DNA from: Octopus vulgaris | Lineage: Eukaryota | Length of the DNA stretch: 64,000 nucleotides | Reading direction: 5' to 3' | Assembly: GCA_951406725.2 (NCBI GenBank) | Contig: OX597819.1 | Location: 126,418,001-126,482,000 of the forward strand | Shown here: positions 44,143 to 60,395 of the stretch, piece by piece | Numbering within the stretch: the first letter of the stretch is position 1 | Layout: every line of letters begins with the position of its first letter | Notes under the pieces: generated by a model | What the model was told of the DNA's origin: nothing | Databases searched by the model: none | Seen by the model: the letters and a program-made list of their open reading frames with translations, nothing else | Made by a program: the position numbers and the translations under genes

Positions 44143-45286
44143 AAGATGAAGATGAGGAAAATGATGCTGATGATAGCAATGATGACGATGATGGCGATGA
44201 TGATGATAATGACGATAACGATGATAATGGTGAGGATGACACCCTTGACCTAACTATATGTTCCAAACTTATTTTGCATGTGGGTAAAAATTTAAATATA
44301 TAAATCATTGTTTCGTACCCTCTTGCAGTTCTGCTAATTGACTACCCTTACGCAAATTTTTATACCTTAAGACGTTAATTGCCGGGGCAACGATGGACCA
44401 TCTACGCAGCCACTCCATCTGCTAAAATTTAACAGTCATTTCTTTAAATCATACATCGTATGGTTTAACCTAGCAATATATAATATCCCCAAAATTTGAA
44501 AAAAATTATGCAATGTGAAATATTTATTGCTTACAATTAATTATAGAATTATAAAATAAAAAAAGAGATGTACTTGCATAGCGAGTGACTTGATCTGAGA
44601 TCGTGTGCTGGAACGAAAACAATTGCAGCGTGGAAGGTGATTATAAGCCATTTAAGAAACATACAAAAACCGTTGAAGTTTTGTCTGCGAACATGTCGCG
44701 GTCTGAAAGCGACGAAAATATTTTGACAAATTAAATTTAAATGTTGAAGTGAATCTAACAGTTTTTGTGTGTTTCTTAAATGGCTTATAAACACCTTCCA
44801 CGCTGCTATTGTTTAAAATAAAAAGCTTCTCTGTAAATAGATTAAAAGGAAAAATATACATTGGGCAACATATTCTTCGATAAATCTACGAAGATAAGAT
44901 TACCTTAGTCTTTTGAACTTTTGATGGAGTTCTAGCGGTGTGTATTCTAACATGCAGTATACGTTAGACATTTTCAGAGCTGGCAACACCAATATTTCAT
45001 CTGGTCTCACCACAACAGATTGCTCGCAGAAAGAGACACAGACAGATAGGTGGAATGAAAGAGGGTGATGAGATAAGAAATGGCCCAGTAAAATGCTGGT
45101 ATTTTTAGATATGGACTCTAAAAGGCGGAAAAGCGAAGTTGAGAGCAGAGAGAAGGGGCGAATGCTACAAAGCAAGTTATCCGATGCTCGAAACGGCTCA
45201 GCCTTTTCGCCGCCCTCTAATGATGGGGTTGTCGTTGCTGAAATGCTTTTCATCATATACATGCTCCAATAACAACAGCAACAACA

Positions 45287-45661
45287 GTGGAGGCGCAATG
45301 GCCCAGTTGTTCGGGCAGCGGAAGCGCGGTCGGAGGATACGGTTTCGATTTCCAGACCGGGCGTTGTGTGTGTTTATTGAGCGAAAACACCTAAAGCTCC
45401 ACGAGGCTCCGGCAGGGGATAGTGGCGACCCCTGTTGTACTCTTTCGCCCCAAATTCCTCTCACTCTTTCTTCCTGTTTCTTGTCCCCCGAATTCCTACG
45501 CAACCGCTGAGCCTGGATGCGCATTCATCCATCCGTCGATGCTCTCTTGGTGTTGGGGGTTGACCTGCTTTCTCTTCTGCGTGTCTTACGAATAGCAAAG
45601 GATCACGTTTCGGATTTCTCCCACTAATGGGACGAAGACCGCTTCGCTCAACAAACAAACA
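45287..45661 (+). mobile_element. SINE family C, tail type 1
   Basis: TSD AACAGCAACAACA at 45274-45286 and 45662-45674. Confidence 0.88.
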
Positions 45662-46282
45662 AACAGCAACAACAAGTAAAACTTCTCAGATCAATAACGT
45701 TACCAGTCAACAGTTAGATCCATTGAACCCTGAGATTGATTGTTTTATAGACCGTGAGAAAAGGTCAAATATAAATGAGTTCGAATCTAACAAGGTATTA
45801 TGGTGATCCTAAGGGAGATTTCAGCAAAAATCACGGGTATATTATTTGATTTCAAAACTTAATCCCATCTCTTCCATATTTTCAACAGATTCCTTCTATT
45901 ACTGTATTTTCCTCTCTTGATAATTAACTTCAGGTTTGTGGTGGTAATCATTTCTAGTTTAACCATTAAATTAAGTTTAATGTAATTTTAACCACATCAT
46001 GTAATTTTAGCCATTAAAAGTAGTTTTTACTACTTCATTAAAGGTAATTTTAACCACTTGATTAAAATCACTTGTAATCCCTTCATTAAGAAGTAATTGC
46101 AATTATTTCATTGGAAATACTTTTAAGCGTAACATTCTATAAATATTTTACGTTCAAGCAAAGTGGGAAGCCCCGAAGTAATCGCTCAACCTGTTAGAAA
46201 AAGCAGCTACAACTCACTCTATATTAAAAGCTAACCCCTTGACAAGGGAGAGGAAAATCTCACATACGCATACAGACACACG

Positions 46283-46339
<57 letters not shown>

Positions 46340-46399
46340 ACATACATACATATATATATATAAACATATATACACACATATATATATATGTATATATAA

Positions 46400-46592
46400 A
46401 GGGAAAGTTTACGAAAATAAACAAAAGACGAAGGCAGGTGGAGTACAAACAAACAAATGTATTAGTATAGCGCTCAGGAATAGAAATTGAAAAAGTCTTT
46501 TACATTTCGAACCTACGCTCTTCGACAGAAAGATACACAGAAAAAAACAAGGAGAGAAAAAAATGCGTTAGTAGCTAACGATCTATCATGGC

Positions 46593-46593
<1 letters not shown>
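46400..46593 (-). mobile_element. Family P1 element with a hammerhead-like motif at 46496-46533
   Basis: Minus strand TCTTT-CTGTCGA-A-GAGC-GTAG-GTTC-GAA-ATGT-A-AAAGA; (TA)n on both sides. Confidence 0.68.
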
Positions 46594-46633
<40 letters not shown>

Positions 46634-46771
46634 CAAAATAAGCAGCAGGATATCAAGTAGCATCCTGTTGCTTATTTTGATTTTATTCACCTCACTTCGG
46701 GCTGCGCAGATAATACTGGACTGACTTGTTGCTTTAACTTGAGTACCTAATTCAACTGAATCGCAATTATT

Positions 46772-46802
<31 letters not shown>

Positions 46803-46918
46803 GGTCTGCTCGCTTAGCCAGCGGGGTGGCGTTATTTGTAGGCTAAAACAATGCGAATCACATTGTGACCAGCGATGTGTAACAACATCTGATATCCTGG
46901 TCGGTCACGGTGACCACG

Positions 46919-46981
<63 letters not shown>

Positions 46982-47664
46982 TAACGCACATATTTGCATT
47001 TATACATATACATATGCATATGTATTCTTATATATATATATATATCTATGTAAGTATATGTGAGTGGGTGTGTGTGCGTGTGTTTATGTGTGGTTATATA
47101 TATATGTATGCGTCTTTGTATGTGTATACGTACGTACTTCTGCATATATGTATCGTCGGTTGACTACTCGGTCACTGTGACTTCTTTTTTATTGCCATCA
47201 ATTAACCATATCATGCTAATACAACTTCTCCCATATTAGATGACTACAGAGACTCAGCTTTAATTTTCCTGGCAAATATAGCAAGGAATTTGGGCAGCGA
47301 CATCAAAAGGGGCGGCACCTCTGTGCATTCGTCCAAATTGGATATCCGACCCAAAATCAGATGTATACATCTCTGAGCCTAATAAGAACACTGTTCGGGT
47401 TTAGCTGGTGGTAGTGCATCCATATAAGCGTCTTGCGCTTGTCTCCCTCTTGTGATCTTCCACAGTTAAGGAACCTGGCTTTCAAAAGCTTTATTGCAAC
47501 TACAAGCATTGCAAAGTGAGATCACTTGTAGATTTTAGATCTTCTACAACACAGATCCTCAACATCTTGGCATTTTCGGCTATTTTCGTTCATGACGCAC
47601 ATTTCTGTTTCTCTCTGCTGACAATACTTCCAGATTGCAGACCCCACTCATTTTGTTTTATTCA

Positions 47665-47887
47665 TTACTCTTTTACTCTTTTACTCGTTTCAGTCATTTG
47701 GCTGCGGCCATGCTGGAGCACCGCCTTTAGTCGAGCAAATCGACCCCGGGGACTTATTCTTTGTAAGCCCAGTACTTATTCTATCGGTCTCTTTTGCCGA
47801 ACCGCTAAGTGACGGGGACGTAAACACACCAGCATCGGTTGTCAAGCAATGCTAGGGGGACAAACACAGACACACAAACACACACAT

Positions 47888-47962
<75 letters not shown>

Positions 47963-48128
47963 TACGACAGGCTTCTTTCAGTTTCCGTCTACCAAGTCCA
48001 CTCACAAGGCATTGGTCGGCCCGGGGCTATAGCAGAAGACACTTGCCCAAGATGCCACGTAGTGAGACTGAACCCGGAACCATGTGGTTGGTTAGCGAGC
48101 TACTTACCACACAGCCACTCCTGCGCCT
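47665..48128 (-). mobile_element. SINE family B inserted in the RTE remnant
   Basis: Full-length reverse-complement match. Confidence 0.88.
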
Positions 48129-48508
48129 AATGTTCCTAATTCGTATTTGTATTTGGCTTGCAAAATACTTGGTATGAGTTCGTGTGAGCCTCCCCGGGGA
48201 AAACAAGATATTCCTAGTTTTTTCTATTAATCAAAGAATTAAAACTTAATTGTTCTCTTCCGTTTCATTTTTCTTTCTTTCTGAGTAACCGCAGAAACGT
48301 CATAACCAAGCCTAATGCATATAATTCATGCTGAGCTGTGCTTCCATACTGGAACTGTACGCCTTTCCAAACACTTCTCTATCAGATTTAAGAAATATCC
48401 CACTGATGCTTGATACGATGCTTAATTACTTCTGATAGGATCTTCCACAAATTTTTTGATCTCTTGTTATTATAGTACCCGTGTCTACGATGGGTATATT
48501 AAGTATAT

Positions 48509-48925
48509 AAGGCGGTGAGCTGGCAGAAACGTTAGCATGCCGGGCGAAATGCGTAGCCGTATTTTGTCTGCCGTTACGTTCTGAGTTCAAATTCCGCCGA
48601 GGTCGGCTTTGTCTTTCATCTTTTCGGGATCGATAAATTAAATACCTGTTACGCACTGGGGTCGATGTAATCGACTTAATCCGTTTGTCTGTCCTTGTTT
48701 GTCCCCTCTGTGTTTAGCCCCTTGTGGGTAGTAAAGAAATAGGTATTCCGTCTGTCGTTACGTTCTGAGTTCAAATTCCGCCGAGGTCGACTTTGCCTTT
48801 AATCCTTTCCGGGTCGATAAATTAAGTACCAGTTACGTACTGGGGTCGATGTAATCTACTTAATCCCTTTGTCTGTCCTTGTTTGTCTTCTCTGTGTTTA
48901 GCCCCTTGTGGGTAGTAAAGAAATA
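48509..48925 (+). mobile_element. SINE family A head-to-tail dimer inserted in the RTE remnant
   Basis: 16-bp TSD GGTATATTAAGTATAT at 48493-48508 and 48926-48941. Confidence 0.9.
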
Positions 48926-49452
48926 GGTATATTAAGTATATGATGACGCAAGCTTGGTGGAAAGCTTCAAGTCTCTATCTGACCCAACTACTTTTTCGAG
49001 TGTTCCAAACGCGACTGAAGCTTTCCGAACCCTTTTGATCATCTCAGTATCTAAGAACATTTTTGAAAACAGATATGCTAGGTACATTAAGTAATGAAAA
49101 TATATGTGCATGTGTGTATGTGTGTATTTGAAATAATCTAACTATGACTCGTCATATGATCCTAATTTCTATATTTCTATATTTCTTCTCATTGATCTCA
49201 CTGAATACATATATGTACGTAGACTCAGACTGCCAACGATAGCTTTATAGAAATTTCTTGTGAGCCAACAAGGGATCCTGAATATGAATTCATCACACTC
49301 ATTAGAAATAGCAACAAAATGTCCCACTGTACCGTCTGAAAAATGATACCTTCTACTACACCTGATTCTAAAGTATTAAAGATGTGATACCTGTAAGAAA
49401 GAAAATGGAATGGTGAGTAAGAGGAGGCTTTTGATCATAGGTTTAATGAGTC

Positions 49453-53484
<4,032 letters not shown>

Positions 53485-53938
53485 TAGAGAGTCGAAACAA
53501 TACCGCAAAGCATGTTGTCCGATACTCTAAATGATTCTTCCACTAGCAAAAGTATATACGTTACAGAATCGGAAATAAGAATATGGGTTTTCAATAACAA
53601 TCAAAATCACAGCTTAGTCCTCGATCTATTCAATTAAGTTTGAGCTAGTTTTAAACATCATCATCAGCAGCAGCAGCATCGTCGTCGTCGCCGCCGACAT
53701 GGTTATAATCAGTATTATTGATATCCGTCGATTTCACTCACATGGTTTGGAAATCATCCTGTTGCTTTGGTCGAGGATACAAGCAGGATCGAAACCGGTG
53801 ATAACTGGGGCTACGATTAGGATAATGGTGTAGTTGTTGTTGCCGTTGTCGTCATCGTCGTTCTCTTCTTCCTCCTTCTCCTCCTCTTCATCGCTAGCAT
53901 TAGCAGTAACAGCCAAATCAAATTCAAATCACTTACTA

Positions 53939-54552
53939 CCTATTTCTTTACTACCCACAAGGGGCTAAACACAGAAGGAACAAACAAGGACAGACATAGG
54001 TATTAAGTCGATTACATCGACCCCAGTGCGCAACTGGTACTTAGTTTATCGACCCCGAAAGGATGAAAGGCAAAGTCGACCTCAGCGGAATTTGAACTCA
54101 GAAAGTAACGACAGACGAAATACCTATTTCTATTTCTTTACTACCCACAAGGGGCTAAACACAGAAGGAACAAACAAGGACAGACATAGGTATTAAGTCG
54201 ATTACATCGACCCCAGTGCGCAACTGGTACTTAGTTTATCGACCCCGAAAGGATGAAAGGCAAAGTCGACCTCGGCGGAATTTGAACTCAGAAAGTAACG
54301 ACAGACGAAATACCTATTTCTATTTCTTTACTACCCACAAGGGGCTAAACACAGAAGGAACAAACAAGGACAGACATAGGTATTAAGTCGATTACATCGA
54401 CCCCAGTGCGCAACTGGTACTTAGTTTATCGACCCCGAAAGGATGAAAGGCAAAGTCGACCTCGGCGGAATTTGAACTCAGAATGTAAAGACAGTCGAAA
54501 TACGGCTACGCATTTCGCCCGGTGAGCTAACGTTTCTGCCAGCTCACCGCCT
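53939..54552 (-). mobile_element. SINE family A trimer, 190-bp period
   Basis: Near-identical units recur at 53941, 54131 and 54321 on the + strand; single 15-bp TSD TTCAAATCACTTACT at 53923-53937 and 54553-54567. Confidence 0.92.
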
Positions 54553-55552
54553 TTCAAATCACTTACTCCCATTTTAGGAAAAAGAGGTTAGATTTGATTT
54601 TTAAAAAGTCGATATGCTTATAATGGGAACACTTTTGACCATGGGTTTCTTAGATCTCATCTAACTCCTGGGTTAAACTACATCAGTGATCATATTCGTC
54701 ACTGTTATCATCATCGTTCACATCGTCGTCATCATTAGTGTCGTAGTTGTGGAGGTGGTCATCATCATAATAATAATCATTATCAATAATTTTCTTATTA
54801 ATCAACCAAAATAGTGCAAATGCCGTCAAGAAACGTTTGGTTAGCTATTTTAAGTTGGATTAGACCCGCCCCCCGGTCCCACCTCAACACGTCACATCCT
54901 GTTTATTATTATTCTTTATGCTTCTATTATTGTTGTTGTTGTTCTTCTTCTTAATCAGCAAACTTCTTCAGAAGAGCGGGTCGGGGGAGCAGCGGTCATT
55001 AGAATGGGCAGTGTAGCAACCAAAACTGATCTCGTTTTTTTTTTAGATGTGTTGTTTGTTGTTGTCATTGCTTTTGGTATGTTGTTGTTGTTGATGTTGT
55101 TTTCAATAGTTTTTAATAAATAGCATTCATCCATTGCAAGATAAATCAGTTACAAACAGACAAAAAAATAATAAAAAAAGCAACCTAAAACAAAAATCGG
55201 TTGGAATAGAATGTTAAAATGTAAAGAAACGAAGAGATGGAGACGGTGGGAGCGAGCGTCAGACAAGCATCGCAGTGAGAAAAATCCTTCAAAAATAAAT
55301 GCTGGAAGATATATTCACACTGGAAATCAAATTGGAAACTGAGATGTGAAATTGAATGTTAACACTTCAATGATTTTAAACAACAACAACAACAACAACA
55401 AAAAACAAAAACAACTAGAGAAACAATAACAAGAAGAAAAAAAACTCCAACAGTAATAACACTAATAACAACACTGCTCTTAATCATCAATATCGTCAGT
55501 ATCAACATACATCAGACGCAGCAACAACAGCAATAACACTAACAAGAAGACA

Positions 55553-55973
55553 GCATCATCATCATCGTCATCGTCATTATCATCATCATCATCATCGTCA
55601 TCATCGTCGTCATCATCATCATCACCATCACCATCATCATCATCATCATCATCGTCATCGTCATTATCATCATCATCATCATCATCATCATCGTCATCAT
55701 CGTCGTCATCATCATCATCGTCATCATCATCATCGTCATCATCATCATCATCATCGTCATCATCATCATCATCATCATCATCATCGTCATCCTTCTCCTC
55801 CTCCTCCTCCTCCTCCTCTTCATCATCATCATCGTCATCATCATCATCATCATCATCATCGTCGTCGTCATCATCATCATCATCATCATCGTCATCCTTC
55901 TCCTCCTCCTCCTCTTCATCATCATCATCATCATCATCATCGCCATCATCATCATCATTATCATCACCACCAC

Positions 55974-56030
<57 letters not shown>
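55553..56030. repeat. (CAT)n/(CCT)n compound trinucleotide repeat
   Basis: Directly visible; source of the poly-D and poly-M ORFs. Confidence 0.97.
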
Positions 56031-56031
<1 letters not shown>

Positions 56032-56682
56032 GTTAGTATCAACAATAGTAATGATAAGAACAACAACAACAATAAGAAGAAGAATGAAAATGCTAGCAAC
56101 TCCAAGCAATAAACAAGAAAAACAAAAGGCTCAACAGCCATAATCAACAACAAACGCAAGGAGAATAAGAGTAGCAACAACAACAACAACAACATCGAAA
56201 AATAACTGGAAACAACCAAATTGACATCAACAAAAACAACAACAACAACAACAACAACAAAGGCAAAAGACACAGCTGAAAGAGTTTGAGATTAATAATA
56301 CTGATATAATGGATGAGCATGATTATGAAGATGGTGATGGTGATGATGACGACAACGACGACGACGACGATGATAAAGATTAAAGCATGTATAGATTAAT
56401 GATGTCATCGCCGTGTCCATCATTGCCAGTAGCAACCTAAATCAAAACTGATGAAGAGGTAACTCTGTTAAAATAGCTATGTCACCTAAACCTATAAAAT
56501 TTATGGTGTATCATAGTGTAGACTTAAAAGTTATGAGGTCCCTACATAAACATGACCGTGTGGGTTAAGTTCTTCGCAGTCATGGTGGTCCCGGCTGAGT
56601 TTAATCCTTCGATGCGGCACAAGGCGCAAGAGCTCTCTGCCATAAAGATTGGTTCAAGCATTGTAAACGAAATGGATACAGT

Positions 56683-57005
56683 TGTTTGTTTGTTGGTTTG
56701 TTTGTTCCTTCTCGAGTCATACCTGGCTCATAAGGGCCGGTTTCCCGGTTTCCTTGGCGTATAGGTTCTCCACCTGGACGGGATGCCGGTCCGTCGCAGG
56801 TGAGCTGCAAGATGCAGGAGGAAACAGTGAGAGAAAGTTTGTGGCGAAAGAGTCAGCAGAAGTTCGTCATTACCTTCTGCCGGAGCCGCGTGGAGCTTAG
56901 GTGTTTTCGCTCATAAACACACACACATCACCCGGTCTGAGATTCGAATCCGCGATCCCTCGACCGCGAGTTCGCTGCTCTAACCACTAGGCCATGTGCC
57001 TCCAC
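56683..57005 (-). mobile_element. SINE family C, tail type 3
   Basis: Same head/body; tail CCTGCGACGGACCGGCATCCCGTCCAGG...(AAAC)n; TSD AAATGGATACAGT at 56670-56682 and 57006-57018. Confidence 0.85.
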
Positions 57006-57820
57006 AAATGGATACAGTGCGGAAGCCCGGTAGATAAATTGTACCTGTTCTTGGCGGTAAACATAATGCAATGCCCGTGTTAATACCGACATCTGGTCAT
57101 TGGGCGTGTTTACCAAAGTACATAAGGCCACAGGTGAGCAAAATCGATTAGAGTACCGGACAGAATGTCCTGCGATATTTGTCTAGGCTATTTGCGCATT
57201 GAGTTCAAATATCAATGATGACAGCTTTGCCTTCTTTCTGACCGGGATTGATAACGGTAGTATCATTTCAAGGTGATGTACTGCAGTAACATCGTTAAAA
57301 TGGAGAAAATGATAAGAGGTATTTCTTCCAGTACTTTATATTCTAAGTGTCCGATCAAGAAGGGTGAACTTGTCTGCATTTATTTCACAAAATATTGTCA
57401 TGTAAAACACATGCCCTGGGAGATGCAACGAAAACCCACTTTTGAATCCCTTAGAATAAAAAAAAAACACTAAGTGCTTGTCAAAGAATTTATCGGTGGA
57501 TTAAATTACTTTCGTCGATGTGATGGGGCAGAAAGAAAGGCCAGAATAAGCCTTTCTCTTGTAGCATCCAAATCAAAGATCTGCTTGGTTTCAGGACAAG
57601 TCTCATACAAGTCTCGACTGCTTTGAACATTTTCATAAATGATACCTTAACTTCTCTGACTAAATGGTAAATGAAAAAAAAAGGAAAGAAGGCCACCTAT
57701 TTTAGAGAAAACGGCGCAACCAATTTACATTCGATTCCTATTTTATTGACTCCAGAAAGATTAAAAGGCAATGTTGATCTTGAGAAGATTTTAATGTCAG
57801 AAGTCAAAGTAACGCAACCG

Positions 57821-57896
<76 letters not shown>

Positions 57897-58137
57897 GTGG
57901 TGGTGATAATTAAAGTTATATTTATTATTATTATTTCAAATTTTTGCCACAAGGACAGCAGATGGAGATTAGTCGATTACATCGACCCCGGTGTTCAACT
58001 GGTACTTATTTTATCGACCCCCAATAGGATGAAAGGCAAAGTCGACCTGGTGGAATTTGAACTCAAAACGTAGCGACGGGCGAAATACCGCTACGCATTT
58101 CGTCCAGCGTGGTAACAATTCTGCCAGCACACCTTCT

Positions 58138-58197
58138 TAATAATAATAGTAATAATAATAATGATGATGATGATGATATAAATAATAAAAATGATAC

Positions 58198-58245
<48 letters not shown>

Positions 58246-58254
58246 CAACAACAC

Positions 58255-58305
<51 letters not shown>

Positions 58306-58317
58306 TGGTAATAAAAA

Positions 58318-58373
<56 letters not shown>

Positions 58374-58427
58374 TCAATAATAATAATGATATAAATAATA
58401 ATCAAGAAGAAAAAGAACAACGACAAC

Positions 58428-58461
<34 letters not shown>

Positions 58462-58465
58462 ATAG
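58138..58465. repeat. (AAT)n/(AAC)n microsatellite
   Basis: Directly visible. Confidence 0.95.
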
Positions 58466-59065
58466 TAATAACAATATCAACAGCGAGGGAAAAATTTGAT
58501 GAGAAGATGGTAATAGTGACGAGTGTTTTTTTTAAAGTTAATTAATACAAATATATGTACATAAATTTGAAAGAGATAAGACAAAATTCTGCCTTAATAC
58601 ATTTTTTTAGGCATACACATACATACACAATGTATGAAACATATATGCTGACATACACACTCGTTCGCGCGCGCAAACAAACATACATAAACACACACGC
58701 GCGCACACACACACATATGTCCACACATACATACCGACTGACAGCCAGTCATATACTCATGCATACATTCACAAAGATATGGTCGGGTGGTTCCAGTCTT
58801 TGACCCATCTAAAGTTCTCTGGGCTAAACATTAAATTTCACGTGTGAAGTTTCAGATAATCATCCTAATTACTATATACCTTTCTTCCTTCCTTCCTTCC
58901 TTTCTTTCTTTCCTTCTTTCTTTCTTTCCTTCTTTCTTTCTTTCTTTATATATTTATTCACTCTCGTTGTTGTCACCCTTTTTTGTTTAATTTTTTTTTC
59001 ATCGCTAACGTGGTTACCATTTTCACAGCCATATTACTTTAACTACTTAAAACCATCATCGATTA

Positions 59066-59097
<32 letters not shown>

Positions 59098-59217
59098 GTA
59101 AGTAAGGCATCTACATAACGCACATACTAAAACTCCTACAATTCCTACATGTATGTTTATATTTTGTGTGTGTGTATATATATATACAGCTATATGCATA
59201 TATATTCACACACACTT

Positions 59218-59288
<71 letters not shown>

Positions 59289-59488
59289 CTATATGCATAT
59301 ATATTCATATATATATATATATATATAAATATATATATATGCATATATATTCATATATACAGCTATATGCATATATATTCATATATATATATATATGTAT
59401 ATATATTTATACTTACATATATGTATATACATGCATTCATACCCACCTACATCATCCATCCTGTCTATCTCTCTGTCACACACACTCA

Positions 59489-59527
<39 letters not shown>

Positions 59528-60298
59528 GCACATACACACATACACGCACACATACAAGCCGAAAAGTAAAAAAAATCAATGGCTATCGATAGAAATGGCC
59601 ATCGATAGAAACGAGACGTGCAAAGAAGAAAGCTTCTTTCAGCTCATCCCGCTAAATCGCCATTTTTGTGGTTTACGCATTTGCCATCATGACTTTTAGC
59701 ACCACGAAACTTTTGCCTGATAAGCCGTGATATAAGAACCGCTGGTAGCTTTGGGCGATTATCGTTCTTATATCTCGAGCCGTATTACTGTTACACGCAG
59801 AAACATACCGGAAGTCTATTTGATCGATTGTAAAGTAATTCAATGAACAAGCAGACAACAATGATTTCTTATTCAGGTACAAGGCCACCAATCTTGAGGT
59901 GGGGAATCTAACCAATACCTATTTCTTTATTGCCCACGAGGGGCTAAACATAGAGGGGACAAACAAGTACAGAAAAACGGATTAAGTCGATTACATCGAC
60001 CTCAGTGCGTCACTGGTACTTTGCCGAGCTCAAACCTATACGCTCCATTATAATCATTACAATACGTGCTCTCTAAAGCTGCAAGACGTAGCAGTCAAAT
60101 TTCACTCACAATCGCCTTTTTAAAATGAACATAATCGATGCAAGTGTGGCTGTGTTGTAAGACGTCTGCTTCCCAACCACATGATTCAGGGTTCAATCCT
60201 ACTGCGTAGCACCTTGGGCAAGTGTCTTCTACAACAGCCTCGGGCCGAACAAAGCCTTGTGATTGGACTTGGTAGACGGAAGCTGAAAGAAGACCGTC

Positions 60299-60395
<97 letters not shown>

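Larger units (their letters stand above)
47290..49110 (-). mobile_element. Decayed RTE-clade LINE, 3' part of the ORF, interrupted by two SINE insertions
   Basis: Minus-strand fragments LDTEMIKRVRKASVAFGTLEKVVGSDRDLKLSTKL (about 48950-49060) and DREVFGKAYSSSMEAQL (about 48330-48385), plus a C..CNKAFESQV-like terminal motif (about 47480-47520), resemble the post-RT region of RTE/BovB ORFs. Many stops and frameshifts. Confidence 0.7.

Noticed and set aside
55480-56273. Poly-Asp and poly-Met ORFs
   Set aside because: A (CAT)n repeat read in different frames, with no complex coding flanks.
56448-56475. CTGATGA-AGAG-GTAA-CTCT
   Set aside because: No GAAA or stem III follows the hairpin.
57565-57666. 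AG...GT-bounded candidate exon 2 (IQIKDLLGF... in one frame)
   Set aside because: The frame compatible with the phase-1 donor at 36473 hits a TGA; no other support.
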